Source: Endomicrobiales bacterium (GTDB lineage: Bacteria; Elusimicrobiota; Endomicrobiia; Endomicrobiales; CAWCFT01). From it: a stretch of DNA of 64,000 nucleotides. The stretch covers positions 32,001 to 96,000 of the forward strand of contig CAWCFT010000016.1 in assembly GCA_963794945.1 (NCBI GenBank), given 5' to 3'. Numbering within the stretch: the stretch's first letter is position 1; each line of letters starts with the position of its first letter. Positions 61,907-64,000 of this stretch are shown one piece after another. Under the pieces are notes generated by a model. That model was not told where the DNA came from. It saw nothing but the letters and a program-made list of their open reading frames with translations, and searched no databases. The position numbers and the translations under genes are program-made.

Positions 61907-62512
61907 TGCGATACCTCTTTCCTGCCAAAGTTGAAAGCTTGCTATATTTTTTCCCGCGGTTCCTTCCGGCACACATTTAATGATCGCTCTCTGAACATCG
62001 GCGGCCCTTATATCCAGGTATTTTGACAGCGCCCCAAGCACCGCTACATTTATAAACTTAGGGCCGCCAACCTTTTGGGCCAGTTCGGCGGGGTCCAAAG
62101 TTACAACTTCTTTATACTCCCGTTTTAAATATTCTACCGTGTCCTCAGGATAAGTTTTAGCCCCGGAAGGCTGTATGCGTGTTTTAACAATAATGAATTT
62201 TGTTGAAGATTGCGCGTAGTCCAGCCAGCGCAGTGTTTCCATCTCTTCCAGGGACACAATAACATCGGCATCGTGTTTACCAACTACCGGAGAAAACACT
62301 TTTATACCGAAACGCACGTGCGCGAAGACCGAGCCGCCCCGCTGGCTCATCCCATGTATCTCGCTTTTTTTTACATCGTGGCCGGAATACATCGCGGCGA
62401 GGGCGAGTATGTCGGATGCAAGAACTATCCCCTGCCCGCCCACCCCGACGAACAACACGTTGTCGGAAATATCTTCCGAGATTATTTCATTTTTTTTGCG
62501 AGTATTATGCAT
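61903..62512 (-). CDS. iorB: Indolepyruvate:ferredoxin oxidoreductase beta subunit (frameshift near 61935; start uncertain)
   Basis: GVGGQG and EIHGMSQRGGSV; the shifted frame ends [10 protein letters not shown] overlapping the paaK ATG. Confidence 0.88.
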
Positions 62513-64000
62513 TTTCCCTTTACTGCGAGAAGCGATAGCTTCCCTGACTTTTTGAGCCTTACAACGGCCTCTTCGATCTCCGCAGGTTTGAAGGCGCTGA
62601 CTTCTGCGAAGTTCCCGGCGCCTATGCCCACGGCTTCCGCGAGTTTTCCGTAATTAAGCGACCATGTGTCTTCGTTCTTTATGGTCTTTCCGGAAAGAGG
62701 GTTTGGCTGCATTCCCGTCATGGCTGTCGTTCCGTTATCTAGAACTATTATCAGCGATTTACGTTTGTTGTAGGCCGCGTTAAGGAGGCCTGTTATGCCG
62801 GAATGCGCGAATGTGGAATCGCCTATAACGGCGACTATATCGTCATCCGGTTTGGCAAGCTCCATACCCTGCGCGGCGGTCACGCTCGCGCCCATATCTA
62901 TGCAGGTGTCAAGCGCCTTGAAAGGTTCAAGCACGCCAAGCGAATAACAGCCTATGTCGCCGGAAACCACATATCCCAGCTTTGACAACAGCCCGAATAC
63001 GCCCCTGTGCGGACAGCCCTGGCACAGAACCGGGTACCTTGGCGGTACAGCTGGAATGTTCTTATTGGTGTTAGTATTTTCTTCAAGCCCGAAAGCTTTC
63101 TTTATAGTATCCTGAGAGAACTCTCCTATAGACGGGAATACGTTTTTGCCTTCTGCCTTTATTCCCATGGCGGCAACGCGCGTCTCTATGAATGGATCGA
63201 GCTCTTCCACGATATATAGTTTTTTGACCTTGCCGGAAAATTCTCTTATCATTTTTCCCGGAAGCGGCCAGACCATACCGAGTTTCAGAACAGACGCCTG
63301 AGGAAAGACTTCCCTGACGTATTGGTAGCTTGCTCCCGAGACGATGAACCCCTTTTCGGCATCCTTGAGAAACATCTCGTTAACTGGCGACCCTTCTGAA
63401 TATCCTTCTAAAAGCTTCAACCGCTTTTCGAGTTCAACACGCCTTACTCTGGCGTTCGAAGGTATCATCACGTATTTGCCGGTGCAGCGCTTGAAGCCTT
63501 CCGGCTTAGCCTGTTTCGATATTTTTCCCGGCACAACAACGCTTTTAGAATGGGATATCCTGGTGGTGGTCCTCAGTATTACGGGGGTATCGAACTGTTC
63601 GCTTATCTCAAAGGCGAGTTTTGTAAAATCTTTCGCTTCCTGGGAATTTGATGGTTCGAGGACAGGAATTTTAGCGGCATAGCCGTAGTTGCGGTTGTCC
63701 TGCTCGTTCTGTGAGGAGTGCATACCCGGGTCATCAGCTGAAACAACTACAAACCCCGCCTTGATGCCGGTGTACGCTGACGTAAATAGAGGGTCGGCAG
63801 CAACGTTGAGCCCCACATGCTTCATGGTGACTAAGCTTCTAGCGCCTGACATAGACGCGCCGAGAGCAACTTCGAAGGCCACTTTTTCGTTGACCGACCA
63901 CTCAGTGTATATCTCGTCATGCCGGCAAAGCGCTTCCAAAATCTCTGTGGAAGGCGTACCGGGGTAGCCGGTGCCGACCAGAGCGCCTGCCTCCAGAGCG
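62482..64000 (-). CDS. iorA: Indolepyruvate:ferredoxin oxidoreductase alpha subunit (5' partial)
   Basis: GYPGTPSTEI, NEKVA, MKHVGLNVAAD, SSQNEQD, LCQGCPHR, GDIGCY, GDSTFAHSG and TTAMTG. Confidence 0.93.
   Translation of the reverse strand, partial: ALEAGALVGTGYPGTPSTEILEALCRHDEIYTEWSVNEKVAFEVALGASMSGARSLVTMKHVGLNVAADPLFTSAYTGIKAGFVVVSADDPGMHSSQNEQDNRNYGYAAKIPVLEPSNSQEAKDFTKLAFEISEQFDTPVILRTTTRISHSKSVVVPGKISKQAKPEGFKRCTGKYVMIPSNARVRRVELEKRLKLLEGYSEGSPVNEMFLKDAEKGFIVSGASYQYVREVFPQASVLKLGMVWPLPGKMIREFSGKVKKLYIVEELDPFIETRVAAMGIKAEGKNVFPSIGEFSQDTIKKAFGLEENTNTNKNIPAVPPRYPVLCQGCPHRGVFGLLSKLGYVVSGDIGCYSLGVLEPFKALDTCIDMGASVTAAQGMELAKPDDDIVAVIGDSTFAHSGITGLLNAAYNKRKSLIIVLDNGTTAMTGMQPNPLSGKTIKNEDTWSLNYGKLAEAVGIGAGNFAEVSAFKPAEIEEAVVRLKKSGKLSLLAVKGKCIILAKKMK

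Noticed and set aside
45418..62472. Possible ATT start codons for the M48 protease (GGAGG-catt-ATT) and iorB (GGAAGAT-ATT)
   Set aside because: These cannot be distinguished from base-call errors or alternative TTG/ATG starts in this error-prone sequence.
61670..62512. Apparent IorB-PaaK N-terminus fusion ORF
   Set aside because: It is explained by an indel near 61935; the shifted frame gives a normal IorB end overlapping the paaK ATG.
281..63967. Numerous plus-strand ORFs, some long (e.g. 60087..60992, 47653..48327, 39100..39783)
   Set aside because: They are antisense shadows of well-supported minus-strand genes, with no recognisable motifs.

Overview
This is 64 kb of a diderm, probably anaerobic bacterial chromosome. 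An Elusimicrobiota-like origin is my tentative impression and is not verified. All ~55 credible genes lie on the minus strand. At least 11 genes are broken by single-base frameshifts, most likely long-read assembly errors. The left half is a nucleoside-salvage/pentose supercluster (cdd, pfkB, mtnP, pdp, punA, deoB, ade, split tkt, deoC, rpiB, pduL, tpiA). It is interrupted by recJ, two GAF sensor kinases, an AT-rich type III R-M + ParB-like insert, and a pilT / DnaA-like AAA+ / kinase trio. The right half has redox genes, pta, an Omp85-type barrel, yajQ, ychF, an accessory stretch with a second ParB-like gene, peptidases, a short pyk, a cell-surface glycan modification locus, msrBA, nfo and an iorAB-paaK-ACT cluster. 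Most interesting: (1) two orphan, paralogous ParB-like CTPase genes with no ParA in the window, each carrying a different palindrome inside its own coding sequence just after the HTH (candidate self-encoded parS-like sites); (2) a DnaA-type AAA+ protein whose DNA-binding domain IV is replaced by an unknown domain, sitting between pilT and a GAF kinase; (3) MITE-like elements sharing terminal inverted repeats but holding different palindromic cargo; (4) a degenerate DEDDh-like insert in RecJ. No rRNA, tRNA or CRISPR array was recognised.
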